Positions 1 through 10,530 of a stretch of DNA of 64,000 bases are shown piece after piece. Both the position numbers and the translations under genes were made by a program. Each line of letters begins with the position of its first letter. Position 1 is the first letter of the stretch. Below the pieces are notes generated by a model. It was not told where the DNA came from and ran no database searches. It saw nothing but the letters and a program-made list of their open reading frames with translations. The stretch is taken from assembly GCA_938049385.1 (NCBI GenBank), contig CALIBQ010000035.1, positions 21,278 to 85,277 of the forward strand. The letters are read 5' to 3'. Source of the DNA: an uncultured Anaerolineae bacterium. Lineage in GTDB: Bacteria; Chloroflexota; Anaerolineae; JACIWP01.

Positions 1-1
1 T

Positions 2-187
2 CTCACAGTAGCGGTGGGGTTAGGGGTGTATCCCAACATGGAAGCCGTGGACGAGCTCATAGAGATCGCCCGTATTGTCGAGCCTCGAGATCAATACCAA
101 GGAAAGTACGATGCTCTATACAGAGAGTATCGGGCAGTGTACGAGGCGCTGAAACCCATTAACCGCCGGCTTCATGACATTGCCTAA
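2..187 (+). CDS. C-terminal fragment of FGGY-family carbohydrate kinase (xylulokinase-like), 5' truncated by window edge
   Basis: Frame 2 reads LTVAVGLGVYPNMEAVDELIEIARIVEPRDQYQGKYDALYREYRAVYEALKPINRRLHDIA*. This resembles FGGY kinase C-termini (AxxGxGxY...EP...Y..LY..Y..LY). Not in the ORF track. Confidence 0.65.
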   Translation, partial: LTVAVGLGVYPNMEAVDELIEIARIVEPRDQYQGKYDALYREYRAVYEALKPINRRLHDIA

Positions 188-203
188 CAGAGTGAAAACC
201 GCC

Positions 204-241
204 GCCTCCCGCAGGGGGATACCCTCTGCGGGAGGCTTTTT
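204..241 (+). terminator. Intrinsic terminator between convergent genes
   Basis: Perfect 11-bp stem GCCTCCCGCAG (204-214) / CTGCGGGAGGC (226-236) followed by TTTTT. Confidence 0.85.
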
Positions 242-2478
242 CACAGCTTGCGCACCTTTGCCAAGCTGACCGCCAGCTTCTTCACTCCCTTGCCGGCAAA
301 GGCCACCACAATCTCCTCGTCCCCGCCGACAACCTGACTGCTGATCACCGTCCCAACACCGAACACCGGATGCTCGACCCTATCGCCGGGAGCAAACTGC
401 TGTCGAGGCGGCGCGGCCGGCCGTGCTGAACCCCACCGCCCCCCGTTCCCCGCGGGTGCAATGCCCGCACCCGGACGCTCCCACATCGCCGGCTCAGGCT
501 GTGACCGCACCGCAGCGTGCACAGGAGCGCCGGCCGGCGCGCCGGCGATGAGCTGGGACGGTATCTCTCGGAGAAATCGCGACGGCTCATTGAGCTGATC
601 CACCCCGAAGAGCGTTCGCCGAAAGGCGTGCACCAAGTACAGCCGATCCTTGGCGCGTGTAACCCCCACGTAAAAGAGCCGGCGCTCCTCGGCCATCTCC
701 TCGGGATCATCGAAACAGCGGCTGTGCGGGAAGATGCGCTCCTCCAGGCCGGCAATGAAAACGACCGGAAATTCCAGTCCCTTGGCCATATGCACCGTCA
801 GCAGGGTAGGCGCGTCCTGGCTCTCGTTCAGGTTGTCAATATCGGAGACCAGGGAGACCTCTTCCAGGAAGCGGGCCAGGCTCTCCACCGGCTCCATGTC
901 CTGATACTGCTGGGCGACGGTGCGCAGTTCCATGATGTTAGCCCAGCGGTCCTCCCCTTCCTCGGTGCCGTCGCGCACGTAGTCCGCGTACCCCGATTCC
1001 TCCAGCACGCGGTCGAGCAGGCCCAGCACCGAGGTATGCCGGCGGGCTTCGGCCCATCCCTCCCATAATTCGAGGAATCCTTTGAGGGCGGCCTCAGCGC
1101 GCCGGCCCAGTGCCGGCGGCGCCACCGCTTCCCGCCCCCCCTCTGGAGCGAGCAGGAGCTGGATGGCCGGCAGCATCGCTAGCCCATGCACCTGCGCCCA
1201 CTGCCCCAGGGTCTCCAGCGTCTTGGCGCCAATGCCTCGCGGCGGCAGATTAATAATGCGGTAGAAGCTGACATCATCGCTGGGATTGTGGATCAGCCGC
1301 AGATAGGCCAGGACATCCTTGATTTCCCTGCGGGCATAGAAGCGCGTGGCTCCCACCAGGCGGTACGGCATGCCGTAGCGCACGAAGGCGTCTTCTATAG
1401 GGCGGGATTGGGCGTTGGTGCGGTACATGACGGCGCAGTCGCCGGGCCGGCACACCCCCCGGGAGACCAACCGCTGAATCTCCTGGACGATGTAGCTTCC
1501 CTCTTCCTGTTCATTATAGGCCTCATAGACCACCACGGGAGTGCCGCCGCCGCGAATGGTGTACAGCCGTTTGGGCGTGCGGTGGGTGTTGCGCGAGATA
1601 ATGGCATTCGCCACATCCAGGATAATTTGGGTGGAGCGGTAGTTCTGTTCGAGCAGGATGACCTTCGCGTCGGGGAAATCTTCGCGAAAGCGGGTGACAT
1701 TGCGCCAATCCGCGCCGCGGAAGCGGTAAATGGACTGGTCCTCGTCTCCGACGACGAAAAGGTTGCGCTGATCGCCGGCCAGCAGTTTCAATAACTCGTA
1801 CTGCACCTGATTGGTATCCTGAAACTCATCCACCAGGATAAAGGGAAAGCGCGTCTGGTACTTGCGGCAGACCGCCGGCTCCCGCTGAAACAGCCGCACG
1901 GCCTCCAACAGCAGGTCATCGAAATCGAGTGCGTCACTCTGCCGCAGGATGGACTGATAGCGCTCGTAGATCCGGCGCACGATCTCATGCCAGTAATCCG
2001 GCGTGGGGAACTGCTCCGGCAGTATCATTTCCGCCTTGGCATGCGAGATGGTGGAGAGGACAGCACGCGGATTGAAGCGCTTGGGGTCCAGGTTCAGCTC
2101 CTTCAGCGCCCGGGTAATGGTCTCCACCTGGTCGCTCTCGTCGAAAATCTGGAAGCTGGCGGAGACCGGCAAGTGCACCGCCTCGCGCCGCAGGATGCGC
2201 GCGCAGGTGGCGTGGAAAGTGCCCACTGTCAGATAATGGGTCTCCGGGCCCATAAGGGACTCCAGCCGGCCCTTCATCTCGCGCGCCGCCTTATTGGTGA
2301 AGGTCACCGCCATGATATGGTGAGCGGGGACGCCGGCCTCCCGCACCAGATACGCCACGCGATGGGTCAGCACGCGTGTCTTGCCAGAGCCGGGGCCGGC
2401 CAGCACCAGCACCGGGCCGTGCACCGCGGTGACGGCCTGACGCTGGGCCTCGTTCAACCCCTCGAGGGCAGAGACCAT
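241..2478 (-). CDS. pcrA: ATP-dependent DNA helicase PcrA/UvrD
   Basis: Motifs AGPGSGKT, VTFTNKAAREM, DEFQDTN, VGDEDQSIYRFRGA, LEQNYRS, YRTNAQSR, TVHMAKGLEF, EERRLFYVGVTRA and a C-terminal Tudor-like tail (GDRVEHPVFGVG). Start moved to ATG 2478, which follows a GGAGG SD. Confidence 0.96.
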   Translation of the reverse strand: MVSALEGLNEAQRQAVTAVHGPVLVLAGPGSGKTRVLTHRVAYLVREAGVPAHHIMAVTFTNKAAREMKGRLESLMGPETHYLTVGTFHATCARILRREAVHLPVSASFQIFDESDQVETITRALKELNLDPKRFNPRAVLSTISHAKAEMILPEQFPTPDYWHEIVRRIYERYQSILRQSDALDFDDLLLEAVRLFQREPAVCRKYQTRFPFILVDEFQDTNQVQYELLKLLAGDQRNLFVVGDEDQSIYRFRGADWRNVTRFREDFPDAKVILLEQNYRSTQIILDVANAIISRNTHRTPKRLYTIRGGGTPVVVYEAYNEQEEGSYIVQEIQRLVSRGVCRPGDCAVMYRTNAQSRPIEDAFVRYGMPYRLVGATRFYARREIKDVLAYLRLIHNPSDDVSFYRIINLPPRGIGAKTLETLGQWAQVHGLAMLPAIQLLLAPEGGREAVAPPALGRRAEAALKGFLELWEGWAEARRHTSVLGLLDRVLEESGYADYVRDGTEEGEDRWANIMELRTVAQQYQDMEPVESLARFLEEVSLVSDIDNLNESQDAPTLLTVHMAKGLEFPVVFIAGLEERIFPHSRCFDDPEEMAEERRLFYVGVTRAKDRLYLVHAFRRTLFGVDQLNEPSRFLREIPSQLIAGAPAGAPVHAAVRSQPEPAMWERPGAGIAPAGNGGRWGSARPAAPPRQQFAPGDRVEHPVFGVGTVISSQVVGGDEEIVVAFAGKGVKKLAVSLAKVRKL

Positions 2479-2531
2479 ATTGGGACCTCCTGCTGGGGAG
2501 TCACACTGCATAGGTGCATGCGCAGTAGAAA

Positions 2532-2560
2532 AGTGTATCATGAAGGGCAGAAGGCGTCAA
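2532..2560 (-). promoter_or_regulatory. sigma70-type promoter for pcrA
   Basis: Minus strand TTGACG-N17-TACACT with TGn extended -10. Confidence 0.6.
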
Positions 2561-2583
2561 ACCGGCGGCGCTACCGACACTTC

Positions 2584-2734
2584 AGGGCTTTTCAATGCTA
2601 TAACATGCTGGGCAACTGAAAGTCGTAGCAACGATGACGAAGCTTACCTGCGTGGGCTTGTCAGTCGGCGCAGGCCGACTTTGTAGCCGTTGGTGCAGTT
2701 TCAACTGCCATTTTGTTAGAACATTGAAAGCCCT
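2584..2734. repeat. REP/MITE-like palindromic element, copy A
   Basis: Outer inverted repeat AGGGCTTTTCAATG (2584-2597) / CATTGAAAGCCCT (2722-2734). Inner arms GGCAACTGAAA...GTTTCAACTGCC and hairpin AGTCGGCGCAGGCCGACT. Shares GTTTCAACTGCCA with copies at ~14.8 kb and ~36.1 kb. Confidence 0.7.
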
Positions 2735-2753
2735 ACCGACGCTTTCGCAGGCC

Positions 2754-2783
2754 TTGAAACCGTCCATGCACATATGGTATAAT
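2754..2783 (+). promoter_or_regulatory. sigma70-type promoter for hybrid histidine kinase
   Basis: TTGAAA-N18-TATAAT with TGn extended -10. Confidence 0.55.
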
Positions 2784-2870
2784 AAGGACACAATACGTAA
2801 CGGAAAGGGTCTGCAAGTTCAATGCCCCCTCAGCGAGGGCCCAGCGGCTTGCTTTGATGGACAAGCGACC

Positions 2871-5800
2871 ATGAATCCCGCGACCCTGTCCTACACCCTG
2901 CCGGCCATGCTCCTTTCCGCCGGCCTGCTGGCGCTGGCGCTGACCGCCTGGCGCCGGCGTATGATGGCCGGCGCGATCAGCTTTACCGTGTTTATAGGCG
3001 TGGTCGCGGTATGGACATTCTTCTCCGCCCTGGAGGTCGCGACCGACTCCCTGCCGGAAAAGGTCCGCTGGGCCCAGGTGCAGTACATCGGCATCACCGT
3101 GGCGCCGGCGGCCTGGTTCGCCTTCACGCTCCAGTACCTTGGTCTGGGCAAGTTCCTCTCCCGCCGGGGCATCCTCGCCCTGGCCATCGAGCCGCTCATC
3201 ATCAACATTCTAGTGTGGACGAACTCGTACCATCGCTTGATATGGGCCGAGATCGGGCTGGTCCAGGCCGGCGGCATCACCCTTCTCGCCCTGCGCTACG
3301 GGCTGGGGTTCTGGGCGCATGTCGTGTATGCCTATGCCCTGCTCATTTTCAGCGCCATGATTTTGATACAAAGCTACCGCCGTGCCGCCTCTCCCCTGCG
3401 CCAGCAAATCCTGACCCTGCTGGCCGGCCTGGCCGTCACCATGGGCAGTAATCTGCTCTATGTGATGCGGATACTGCCCGTGCTGGTGGACCCGACCCCG
3501 TTGAGCTTCGCCGTCGGCGGGGTGCTCATCAGTTGGGGTTTGTACCGCTACCGCTTCCTGGATGTCATGCCGACGGCGTACAGCACCATCGTCGAGCAAC
3601 TGCAGGACGGCATTATCGTGCTGGACGCCTATGACCGAGTGGTGGACATGAACCCCCTGGCCCAGCGCGTGCTGGGCTGTTCGCCGTCCCGGGTCATCGG
3701 CCGGCCGGCGGACGATGTCTTCCGGGGCCGTCTCGAACGCTTTCACCCAGGGCGGCTGACCCCTGGGCTGGCTCAGGAAGTCACGCTGGGCAGTGGCCCT
3801 GCCGCGCGCTGTTTCGAACTGCGCGTGACCCCCATCTATAACGACCGCCGGCAGATCACCGGTCGGCTCGCCATGCTCCACGAGATCACCGACCGCAAGC
3901 AGGCTGAGCTGGCCCTGCGCCGGCGGCTCGAATTCGAGCAGTTGGTGATGACCATCTCCACCACCTTCCTCAGCCTGCCGGCGGCCGACCTGGACCTGGG
4001 GCTGGCCGAAGCCCTGCGCTGGATCGGCGAGCTGACGGGCGCCGACCGCTGTACCCTGATGCATCTGGTCGAGAACGACAGCTTCCTCTCCGCGTCGCAC
4101 GAGTGGCTTTCTCCCCATGCACCCTCACGGATGGAATTTCGCCGGCGCCTGCCCTTAAGCCGCTTCCCCTGGTGGACCGGCCAAATCCTGCGGCTCCATT
4201 CCGTCCTGCTGGAAAGCGCCGAGGACCTGCCGCCCGAGGCTGACCAGGAGCGCATGTTCTTCGAACAGCACCAGCTTCAGGCCTTTCTATCCGTTCCCAT
4301 GAGCGCCGGCCAGCGCGCCATGGGCGTCATTATCCTGGAATACCTGCGGCCGGATGCGGAACGGCCGTCCGAGGACCTCATCGCTCTGCTCCGCATCGTT
4401 GGGGATATCTTTGCGAACGCTATTCAGCGGCGCAAAGCCGAAGAGGAACTGCGCACCGCCAAGGAGGCCGCCGAGGCGGCCAATCGGGCGAAAAGCACCT
4501 TCCTGGCCAACGTCAGCCATGAACTGCGCACCCCCATGAACGCCATCCTGGGCATGACGGAGCTGGCACTGGACACACCCTTACAGCCCGAACAGCGCGA
4601 GTATCTGGAAACGGTGCACGCATCGGCCGAGTCCCTGCTGGCCCTGCTGAATGACCTGCTGGACCTGTCGAAGATTGAGGCCGGCCGGCTGGAGCTGGAG
4701 CAGGTGCCGTTTGACCCGCGGCAGATCGTGCAAGAGGTGGCGGAAATGATGCGCGGGCGCGCCGAGCGAAAAGGCCTCCGGCTCCACCTCGAGCTTGACC
4801 CCAAACTGCCGGCCGGCGTCATCGGCGACCCGACACGCTTCCGCCAGATATGGGTCAACCTGGTGGATAATGCCATCAAGTTCACCCATCAGGGTGTGGT
4901 TACCATGAAGGCTTTACTGCTGGAGGAGGCGGAGGACCGGGTTACCTTGTGCGGGGTGGTCAGCGACACGGGCATCGGCATCCCACCCGACAAACAGGAT
5001 ATCATCTTCGAAAGCTTCTCTCAGGCGGATGCCAGCATGAGCCGGCAGTACGGCGGCACAGGCCTGGGATTAGCCATTTGTAAACAGTTGGTCGAGATGA
5101 TGGGCGGCCGCATCGAGGTGGAGAGCGAGGTCGGCCAGGGAAGCACCTTTACCTTTACGGTCCGTCTGGAACGCGCGGCAGAACTGGCTCCCGGTGCCGC
5201 AGAGCCGGCCCTCGTCGAAGCTCCGACGACGGTCGGCGCCCATATCCTGCTGGTCGAAGATAACCCGGTGAACCGGCGTGTGGCCGAGGCACTCCTCACA
5301 CGCGCCGGCTATCAGGTGCGATCGGCGGAGAACGGCCGGCAAGCCCTGGAGGTGCTGGGCGCGCACCCGGAAATCAACCTGATCCTGATGGATGTGCAGA
5401 TGCCGGAGATGGACGGCTACCAGACCACTGCGGCAATACGCGCGGACCCGCGCTGGCGCGACCTCCCCATTATCGCCATGACCGCTCACGCCATGAGCGG
5501 GGACCGCGAGCGCTGTCTGGCCGCCGGCATGAACGACTATGTGGCCAAGCCCATCCGCCGGCAGGAGCTGATGCGCGCCGTGGAATCTGCTCTGCGTCGG
5601 GAGCCTTCCGCTGTGGTATCTTCTGCCCCCGCATCAGCGGAAGCATCCCCGCCGGCCATCTTAGATGCCGAAGGCGTCATGCGCGATTGGAGCTTGGACC
5701 ACACTATGTACGCCGGCTATCTGCACATGTTCCTGGAAGACCTGGAAGGCCATCTGGCGCGCCTCCGGGAGGCATACAGGGGCAGTGACCTGGAAGCCCT

Positions 5801-5987
5801 GCGCACCACCGCCCATGCCCTGAAAGGAAGTGCCGCCACAGTGGGGGCAGAGCGTTTGCACAGAGCCGCCGCCCAATTGGAGACGGCCGCCCGTCAGCAG
5901 GAAACCGCACACATCCAGCACGCCCTGCAGGTCCTCCTGGATGAGGCAGTCTTGCTCCAGGAATACGTGCGCGATAACGGGATTTAA
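2871..5987 (+). CDS. Hybrid sensor histidine kinase (N-terminal 7TM, PAS, GAF, HisKA, HATPase, REC, Hpt)
   Basis: About 7 hydrophobic N-terminal segments; PAS (DGIIVLD...DMNP); H-box [18 protein letters not shown]; N-box [10 protein letters not shown]; G-boxes DTGIGI and GGTGLGLAI; receiver LLVEDN...[11 protein letters not shown]...AKP; Hpt [13 protein letters not shown]. Start set at ATG 2871; the ORF-track extension runs through the repeat element. Confidence 0.93.
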   Translation: MNPATLSYTLPAMLLSAGLLALALTAWRRRMMAGAISFTVFIGVVAVWTFFSALEVATDSLPEKVRWAQVQYIGITVAPAAWFAFTLQYLGLGKFLSRRGILALAIEPLIINILVWTNSYHRLIWAEIGLVQAGGITLLALRYGLGFWAHVVYAYALLIFSAMILIQSYRRAASPLRQQILTLLAGLAVTMGSNLLYVMRILPVLVDPTPLSFAVGGVLISWGLYRYRFLDVMPTAYSTIVEQLQDGIIVLDAYDRVVDMNPLAQRVLGCSPSRVIGRPADDVFRGRLERFHPGRLTPGLAQEVTLGSGPAARCFELRVTPIYNDRRQITGRLAMLHEITDRKQAELALRRRLEFEQLVMTISTTFLSLPAADLDLGLAEALRWIGELTGADRCTLMHLVENDSFLSASHEWLSPHAPSRMEFRRRLPLSRFPWWTGQILRLHSVLLESAEDLPPEADQERMFFEQHQLQAFLSVPMSAGQRAMGVIILEYLRPDAERPSEDLIALLRIVGDIFANAIQRRKAEEELRTAKEAAEAANRAKSTFLANVSHELRTPMNAILGMTELALDTPLQPEQREYLETVHASAESLLALLNDLLDLSKIEAGRLELEQVPFDPRQIVQEVAEMMRGRAERKGLRLHLELDPKLPAGVIGDPTRFRQIWVNLVDNAIKFTHQGVVTMKALLLEEAEDRVTLCGVVSDTGIGIPPDKQDIIFESFSQADASMSRQYGGTGLGLAICKQLVEMMGGRIEVESEVGQGSTFTFTVRLERAAELAPGAAEPALVEAPTTVGAHILLVEDNPVNRRVAEALLTRAGYQVRSAENGRQALEVLGAHPEINLILMDVQMPEMDGYQTTAAIRADPRWRDLPIIAMTAHAMSGDRERCLAAGMNDYVAKPIRRQELMRAVESALRREPSAVVSSAPASAEASPPAILDAEGVMRDWSLDHTMYAGYLHMFLEDLEGHLARLREAYRGSDLEALRTTAHALKGSAATVGAERLHRAAAQLETAARQQETAHIQHALQVLLDEAVLLQEYVRDNGI

Positions 5988-6616
5988 TCCGCCGGCAGGG
6001 TGCCGAACACCCAATCCCACAGCGGCGAACTGACCCCGAAGCGCTGGTCCGGCGTCTTAAAGTGATGCCGCATGTGGTGCAGTTTCAGGAAGCGGAAGTA
6101 GCCGCGCACGGGGAAATGGTGCGTGGCGTAATGGACCATGTCATACGAGATGTAGCCGGCCACAAAGCCGGCGAACGTCGGCGCAAACCACGCGTACAGC
6201 CCTACCCCGTAGAAAAACGCCCGGAAAAGCAGATAGAACAGCACCGCCAGCGGGATGCTGACCGCCGGCGGCATCACCAGCCGCGTCTTCACCATCGGCT
6301 GGGCATGGTGCACTCCATGAAAGAGGAAGGCCATCCGTTCCTGCCAGGGCGCCCGCGGGTGAAAGTGGAAGACAAAGCGGTGCAGGGTGTACTCCGCCAG
6401 CGTCCACAGGAAGACGCCGAGCGCCAACCCCGCCGGCACCACGGCCAGCGAGACCCCCACCGGCTTGTCCTGGGTGCCGCGCACCAGGAAATATAGGAAC
6501 ACCGGCACCCAGATGACCAGCACCGTGACAGGATGCACATGCGTGAAGAATTCCAGAAAATCGGAGCGAAACAGGCGGATGGGTTCTTCCTGCCGGCGGG
6601 CACGAGTTCCTTCCAT
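5984..6616 (-). CDS. Fatty acid hydroxylase / sterol desaturase family membrane protein
   Basis: His boxes [27 protein letters not shown], plus [17 protein letters not shown] 6616 has an AGGAG SD. Its stop shares the TTAA at 5984-5987 with the convergent kinase. Confidence 0.9.
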   Translation of the reverse strand: MEGTRARRQEEPIRLFRSDFLEFFTHVHPVTVLVIWVPVFLYFLVRGTQDKPVGVSLAVVPAGLALGVFLWTLAEYTLHRFVFHFHPRAPWQERMAFLFHGVHHAQPMVKTRLVMPPAVSIPLAVLFYLLFRAFFYGVGLYAWFAPTFAGFVAGYISYDMVHYATHHFPVRGYFRFLKLHHMRHHFKTPDQRFGVSSPLWDWVFGTLPAD

Positions 6617-6845
6617 AAAGCATCTCCTGAAATTATACAGAAAAGCTGACAGATTTTTGCACAATCATCATACTATACCTCGACATTTTCCGCAACAAGC
6701 GCTCCCCCAACCCCAGGGACAGCGGCGGCGCCGGCCAGGGTGTGCTTGCACTGGCGCTAAAACAGGCCCCGCCGGTTTGACAGTACCCAACATTGCGGTA
6801 TCCTGTGTGAGGCATGGCTTTGCGTGAGAAGGAGGCATGTAGGCT

Positions 6846-7820
6846 ATGTGGCTGGTCGGAGATGTAGGCGGCACCAAAACGTCCCTCGCCATCGTGGATC
6901 CATCCGCCGGCCCGCGCCGCTGGGTGCGCGCCGCCACCCTGCCCAGCCGGGATTTCCCCGACCTGGTCAGCCTGGTGCGGGCATTCCTCGCCCAGGGAAA
7001 CGAGCGCATCGAACGCGCCTGCTTTGGCGCGGCCGGCCCGGTGCGCGCCGGCCGCGTCCACCTCACGAACTTGAACTGGCTCCTCGACGAACAGGAACTG
7101 ACGAGCACCCTTCAGCTCAGCGAGGCTGTCCTCATCAATGACCTGGAGGCCATCGCCGCGGCTGTTCCGCACCTTCTGCCCGATGAACTGCGCACCCTGA
7201 ACGCCGGCCGGCCAGAACCGCACGCCGCCATCGCCGTCATTGCCCCCGGCACAGGCCTGGGAGAGGCTTTCCTGACCTGGGACGGCATGCGCTATCGCGC
7301 CCACCCATCCGAGGGCGGCCATACCGATTTTGCGCCGCGAGATGCGCAGGAGCTGGAGCTTCTGCGCTTCCTGCTGGAACGGTTTGACCACGTCAGCTAT
7401 GAGCGGTTGTGCTCCGGCCAGGGAATGCCCAATATCTACGCCTTTTTGAAGGAGACCGGCCGAGCAGAAGAGCCGGCATGGCTGGCCGAACGGCTCGCCG
7501 GCGCCCCAGACCCCACTCCGATCATCGTGGAGGCCGCGCTGGGAGCAGACCCTCCGCCGATCTGCCAAAACACTCTGGAGCTTTTCGTCTCGATACTGGG
7601 TGCGGAAGCCGGCAACCTCGCCCTGAAAATCCTCGCCCTGGGCGGCGTGTACGTCGCCGGCGGCATCCCCCCGCGCATCCTGCCCAAGCTGAAAGACGGC
7701 ACGTTCATGCGTGCCTTCCAGGCCAAGGGCCGGCTCTCCGACATCATGGCCGGCATCCCCGTGCATGTGGTGACCCAGCCGCAAGCGCCCCTTATCGGCG
7801 CCGCATACCGGTTGATGTAA
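6846..7820 (+). CDS. glk: Glucokinase (E. coli Glk-type)
   Basis: GDVGGTKT, LINDLEA, APGTGLGEA, SEGGHTDFAP, HVSYERLCSGQG, GGVYVAGGIPPRI. Confidence 0.93.
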   Translation: MWLVGDVGGTKTSLAIVDPSAGPRRWVRAATLPSRDFPDLVSLVRAFLAQGNERIERACFGAAGPVRAGRVHLTNLNWLLDEQELTSTLQLSEAVLINDLEAIAAAVPHLLPDELRTLNAGRPEPHAAIAVIAPGTGLGEAFLTWDGMRYRAHPSEGGHTDFAPRDAQELELLRFLLERFDHVSYERLCSGQGMPNIYAFLKETGRAEEPAWLAERLAGAPDPTPIIVEAALGADPPPICQNTLELFVSILGAEAGNLALKILALGGVYVAGGIPPRILPKLKDGTFMRAFQAKGRLSDIMAGIPVHVVTQPQAPLIGAAYRLM

Positions 7821-7883
7821 CCATGCCCCTTCCCTAACACGCATGAAGGGATAAACGCATCACCTCGAAAGGAACCCACTGCG

Positions 7884-7911
7884 CTGTGGACAGCGGTGGG
7901 TGAAAACAGGG
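7884..7911. terminator. Possible terminator hairpin between convergent glk and ttcA-like genes
   Basis: ACCCAC-TG-CGCTGT/ACAGCG-GTGGGT bulged stem; U-tracts are weak. Confidence 0.35.
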
Positions 7912-7933
7912 GGATCGAAAAAGGGCCGGGTTA

Positions 7934-8704
7934 TTATTCTTTCCCTTCCTGAGGCTCTCCCGCTTCCTTCAACGCATACCCGGCGGCCTTCAGCAGATTG
8001 CGTTTGACGCGTGGATTCAGCGCTTCCAACTGCCGCAGGATGCCGGCCAGGTGCGCGCGCCGCGTATCCTGCCCGCGCGCGCAGGTGCTGAGCCGAAACG
8101 TAAGCGTCAGCGACTGAACAAATGCCGCGATCTCCCGCTCCTCCAGCAGATAGAGAGGGCGAATGAGGACGATTTCCCCGCCGAACATCTCAAGCGCCGG
8201 CGCCATGGTCTCGCATTTGCCGTGGTACACCAGGTTCAGGAGCGTGGTCACCGCAACGTCATCGGCATGATGCGCCAGGGCAACCCGCCGGCATCCCAGC
8301 TCTTTCGCCGCGAAGAAGAGGGCCTTGCGCCGGCGCCATGCGCAGTGGAAGCAGGGACCCATATCCGCCCGCGCCGGCTTCCCGGACGGCGGTTCCATGG
8401 GCACGATGCGGTAGGGAATGTCTAACTGCTGAAACCATGCCTCCAGGCCGGCGGTATCGGTCTGTCCATCACAGCCGGCCGCACCGGCCGGCGCCACATG
8501 CACCGCCGCCAGCTCCAGACGTGGAAGCCCCTGCCATCGGCGCAGAAGCTCCAGCAGGGCCGCGCTGTCCTTGCCGCCCGATACGGCCACCGCGATGCGC
8601 TCGCCGGGCGAGAACAAATGATACAGCCGGTTGGCCCTGGCAACGCCCTTGAGGAGATAAAAGGCCAGGCGGTCCGCATCCTGCCGGCCGGCATTATCCC
8701 CCAT
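7934..8704 (-). CDS. ttcA: TtcA-family tRNA 2-thiocytidine biosynthesis protein (PP-loop ATPase)
   Basis: PP-loop AVSGGKDS, CFHC (CxxC), RRRKALF, ALAHHADD, LIRPL; only one Cys in the second Cys region (STCARG). Confidence 0.8.
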   Translation of the reverse strand: MGDNAGRQDADRLAFYLLKGVARANRLYHLFSPGERIAVAVSGGKDSAALLELLRRWQGLPRLELAAVHVAPAGAAGCDGQTDTAGLEAWFQQLDIPYRIVPMEPPSGKPARADMGPCFHCAWRRRKALFFAAKELGCRRVALAHHADDVAVTTLLNLVYHGKCETMAPALEMFGGEIVLIRPLYLLEEREIAAFVQSLTLTFRLSTCARGQDTRRAHLAGILRQLEALNPRVKRNLLKAAGYALKEAGEPQEGKE

Positions 8705-8736
8705 GCGTTCGCATCCCTCCGGTATGGGTCACGTCA

Positions 8737-8811
8737 AGTATAAAATGGCGTATGGTCGGCGTCAAATCCGTGCCGAGGCAGGTTGCCCTCCGCACCAGCC
8801 TATGCTATACT
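8737..8811. promoter_or_regulatory. Divergent sigma70 promoter pair (ttcA-like / ssnA)
   Basis: Minus strand TTGACG-N17-TATACT (8737-8765); plus strand TTGCCC-N17-TATACT with TGn (8783-8811). Confidence 0.55.
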
Positions 8812-8849
8812 GAGCCGGCAGGCGAACAGCCACGAAGGAGCAGTGCCCC

Positions 8850-10181
8850 ATGCTCATCACACACGGCACACTGATCACCATGGACCCCGAACGGCCGCTG
8901 GTCTCGGACGGTGCTCTGCGCATCGCCGGCGACCGCATCACGGACATCGGGGCCAGCGCGGAACTCACGGCGCGCTATCCGAGCGACGAGGTGCTGGATG
9001 CCGGCGGCATGCTGGTCATGCCCGGTTTTATCTGCGCCCACACCCATTTCTACGGCGCGCTGTCGCGCGGCATCCCGCCGCGCGGCATCGAACCGCCGGC
9101 AGACCTGCGCGCCAAACTGGAGAACCTGTGGTGGCGGCTGGATAAAGCCCTGCGGCCAGAGGATATCCGCTCCAGCGTGGAGGTCTGTCTGGTTGACGCC
9201 GTCCGTCACGGCACTACTACCTTGTTCGACCATCATGCCTCACCAAAGTTTATTGACGGCATCCTCGACCTGATCGCGGAGACAACCAGCCGCGCCGGCG
9301 TGCGCGTCTGCCTGTGCTATGAGGTATCCGATCGGGACGGCCCTGAGGCGGCCGCGGCCGGCATCCGGGAGAACGCCCGCTTCATCCGGCAGTGCCAGAC
9401 CAACCCATCACCGCTGTTGGCCGGCATGATGGGCCTGCACGCCTCTTTCACCCTCTCGGACAAAACCCTGCACGAAGCGGTCGAAACGGCGCGCGGGCTG
9501 GATGCCGGCTGTCATATCCACGTCGCGGAAGGAAAGGTGGATGTGTCCGAGACCCTGCGCCGCACCAGCAAGCGGGTGGTGGAGCGTCTGCACGCCGCCG
9601 GCGTGCTCGGTCCCAAGACCATCGCCGCGCACTGCGTCCACATTGACGACTTCGAGGTAGACATCCTGCGGGAAACCCGCACCATGGTGGCGCATAATCC
9701 CCGTTCCAACATGAACAACGCCGTGGGCACCACGCGCGTGCCCCGTTTGCGGCGCGCCGGCGTCGTCGTTGGGCTGGGCAACGATGGCTTTTCCAACAAC
9801 ATGCTGGCCGAGATGCAGGCCGCTTTCCTGGTGCATAAGCTGGCGGCGCTGGACCCGCGCGTCATGCCGGCGGAAGAGGTGCTGGACATCGCGGTCACCG
9901 GCGGCCGCACCATTGCCGGCGCATACTTCTCCACCCCGCTCGGAATCCTCCGGCCGGGGGCTGGTGCGGACATCATCCTCGTCGAGTATCATCCGCGCAC
10001 GCCGCTGACCGCGGACAATTACGCCTGGCACCTCATCTTTGGCCAGGATGACATACGGGTGCATACGACCATTGCCGGCGGGCGGGTGCTGATGCGCGCC
10101 GGCGAGCTTCTCACCCTAGACGAAGAACGCATCACTGCCCAGGCGCGGGAGCGCGCCGCCAAACTCTGGGCACGATACTGA
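8850..10181 (+). CDS. ssnA: SsnA-like metal-dependent amidohydrolase (putative purine-catabolism aminohydrolase)
   Basis: CAHTHFYGALSRG, LENLWWRLDKAL, GTTTLFDHHASP, CYEVSDRDG, GLHASFTLSD, HIHVAE, AAHCVH, HNPRSNMNNAVG, GLGNDG. Confidence 0.85.
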   Translation: MLITHGTLITMDPERPLVSDGALRIAGDRITDIGASAELTARYPSDEVLDAGGMLVMPGFICAHTHFYGALSRGIPPRGIEPPADLRAKLENLWWRLDKALRPEDIRSSVEVCLVDAVRHGTTTLFDHHASPKFIDGILDLIAETTSRAGVRVCLCYEVSDRDGPEAAAAGIRENARFIRQCQTNPSPLLAGMMGLHASFTLSDKTLHEAVETARGLDAGCHIHVAEGKVDVSETLRRTSKRVVERLHAAGVLGPKTIAAHCVHIDDFEVDILRETRTMVAHNPRSNMNNAVGTTRVPRLRRAGVVVGLGNDGFSNNMLAEMQAAFLVHKLAALDPRVMPAEEVLDIAVTGGRTIAGAYFSTPLGILRPGAGADIILVEYHPRTPLTADNYAWHLIFGQDDIRVHTTIAGGRVLMRAGELLTLDEERITAQARERAAKLWARY

Positions 10182-10201
10182 TTGCTGGGAGGCAGGTCTT
10201 T

Positions 10202-10456
10202 ATGAAATTCCCTTCCTGGTGGAGCAAAGTGAGCGGGCCGGCTAAAATCGGCCTGGCCTTCGGCTTGCTGGGAGCGGTGCTGGCCGCCGTCGGCATGTTT
10301 CGCGGCTTCGCCCCCTTCACCCTGCGGGCGTTCCTGATGGCGGTGCTTATCTCTGGGGTGAGCTGGGGACTGGTGAGCTGGGCCATCGCCGCGGCAGTCG
10401 TCGAGGTGGAACAAGACGTTTCCAACGACAACAACTCCTCCCGATCCACAGATTGA
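10202..10456 (+). CDS. Small two-TM membrane protein, unknown function
   Basis: 84 aa with two hydrophobic helices; GGGAGG SD; in operon position between ssnA and the flavoprotein. Confidence 0.75.
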   Translation: MKFPSWWSKVSGPAKIGLAFGLLGAVLAAVGMFRGFAPFTLRAFLMAVLISGVSWGLVSWAIAAAVVEVEQDVSNDNNSSRSTD

Positions 10457-10530
10457 CTTTACGGCGACCTGGAACGGCTGTTGACGCCGGCCGTCGTCGT
10501 TCTCTTGTGATCAATTAAGGAGATTGTACA

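Noticed and set aside
2634-2870. N-terminal extension of the hybrid kinase in the ORF track
   Set aside because: It runs through the repeat element and the predicted promoter; the first TM helix starts after ATG 2871.
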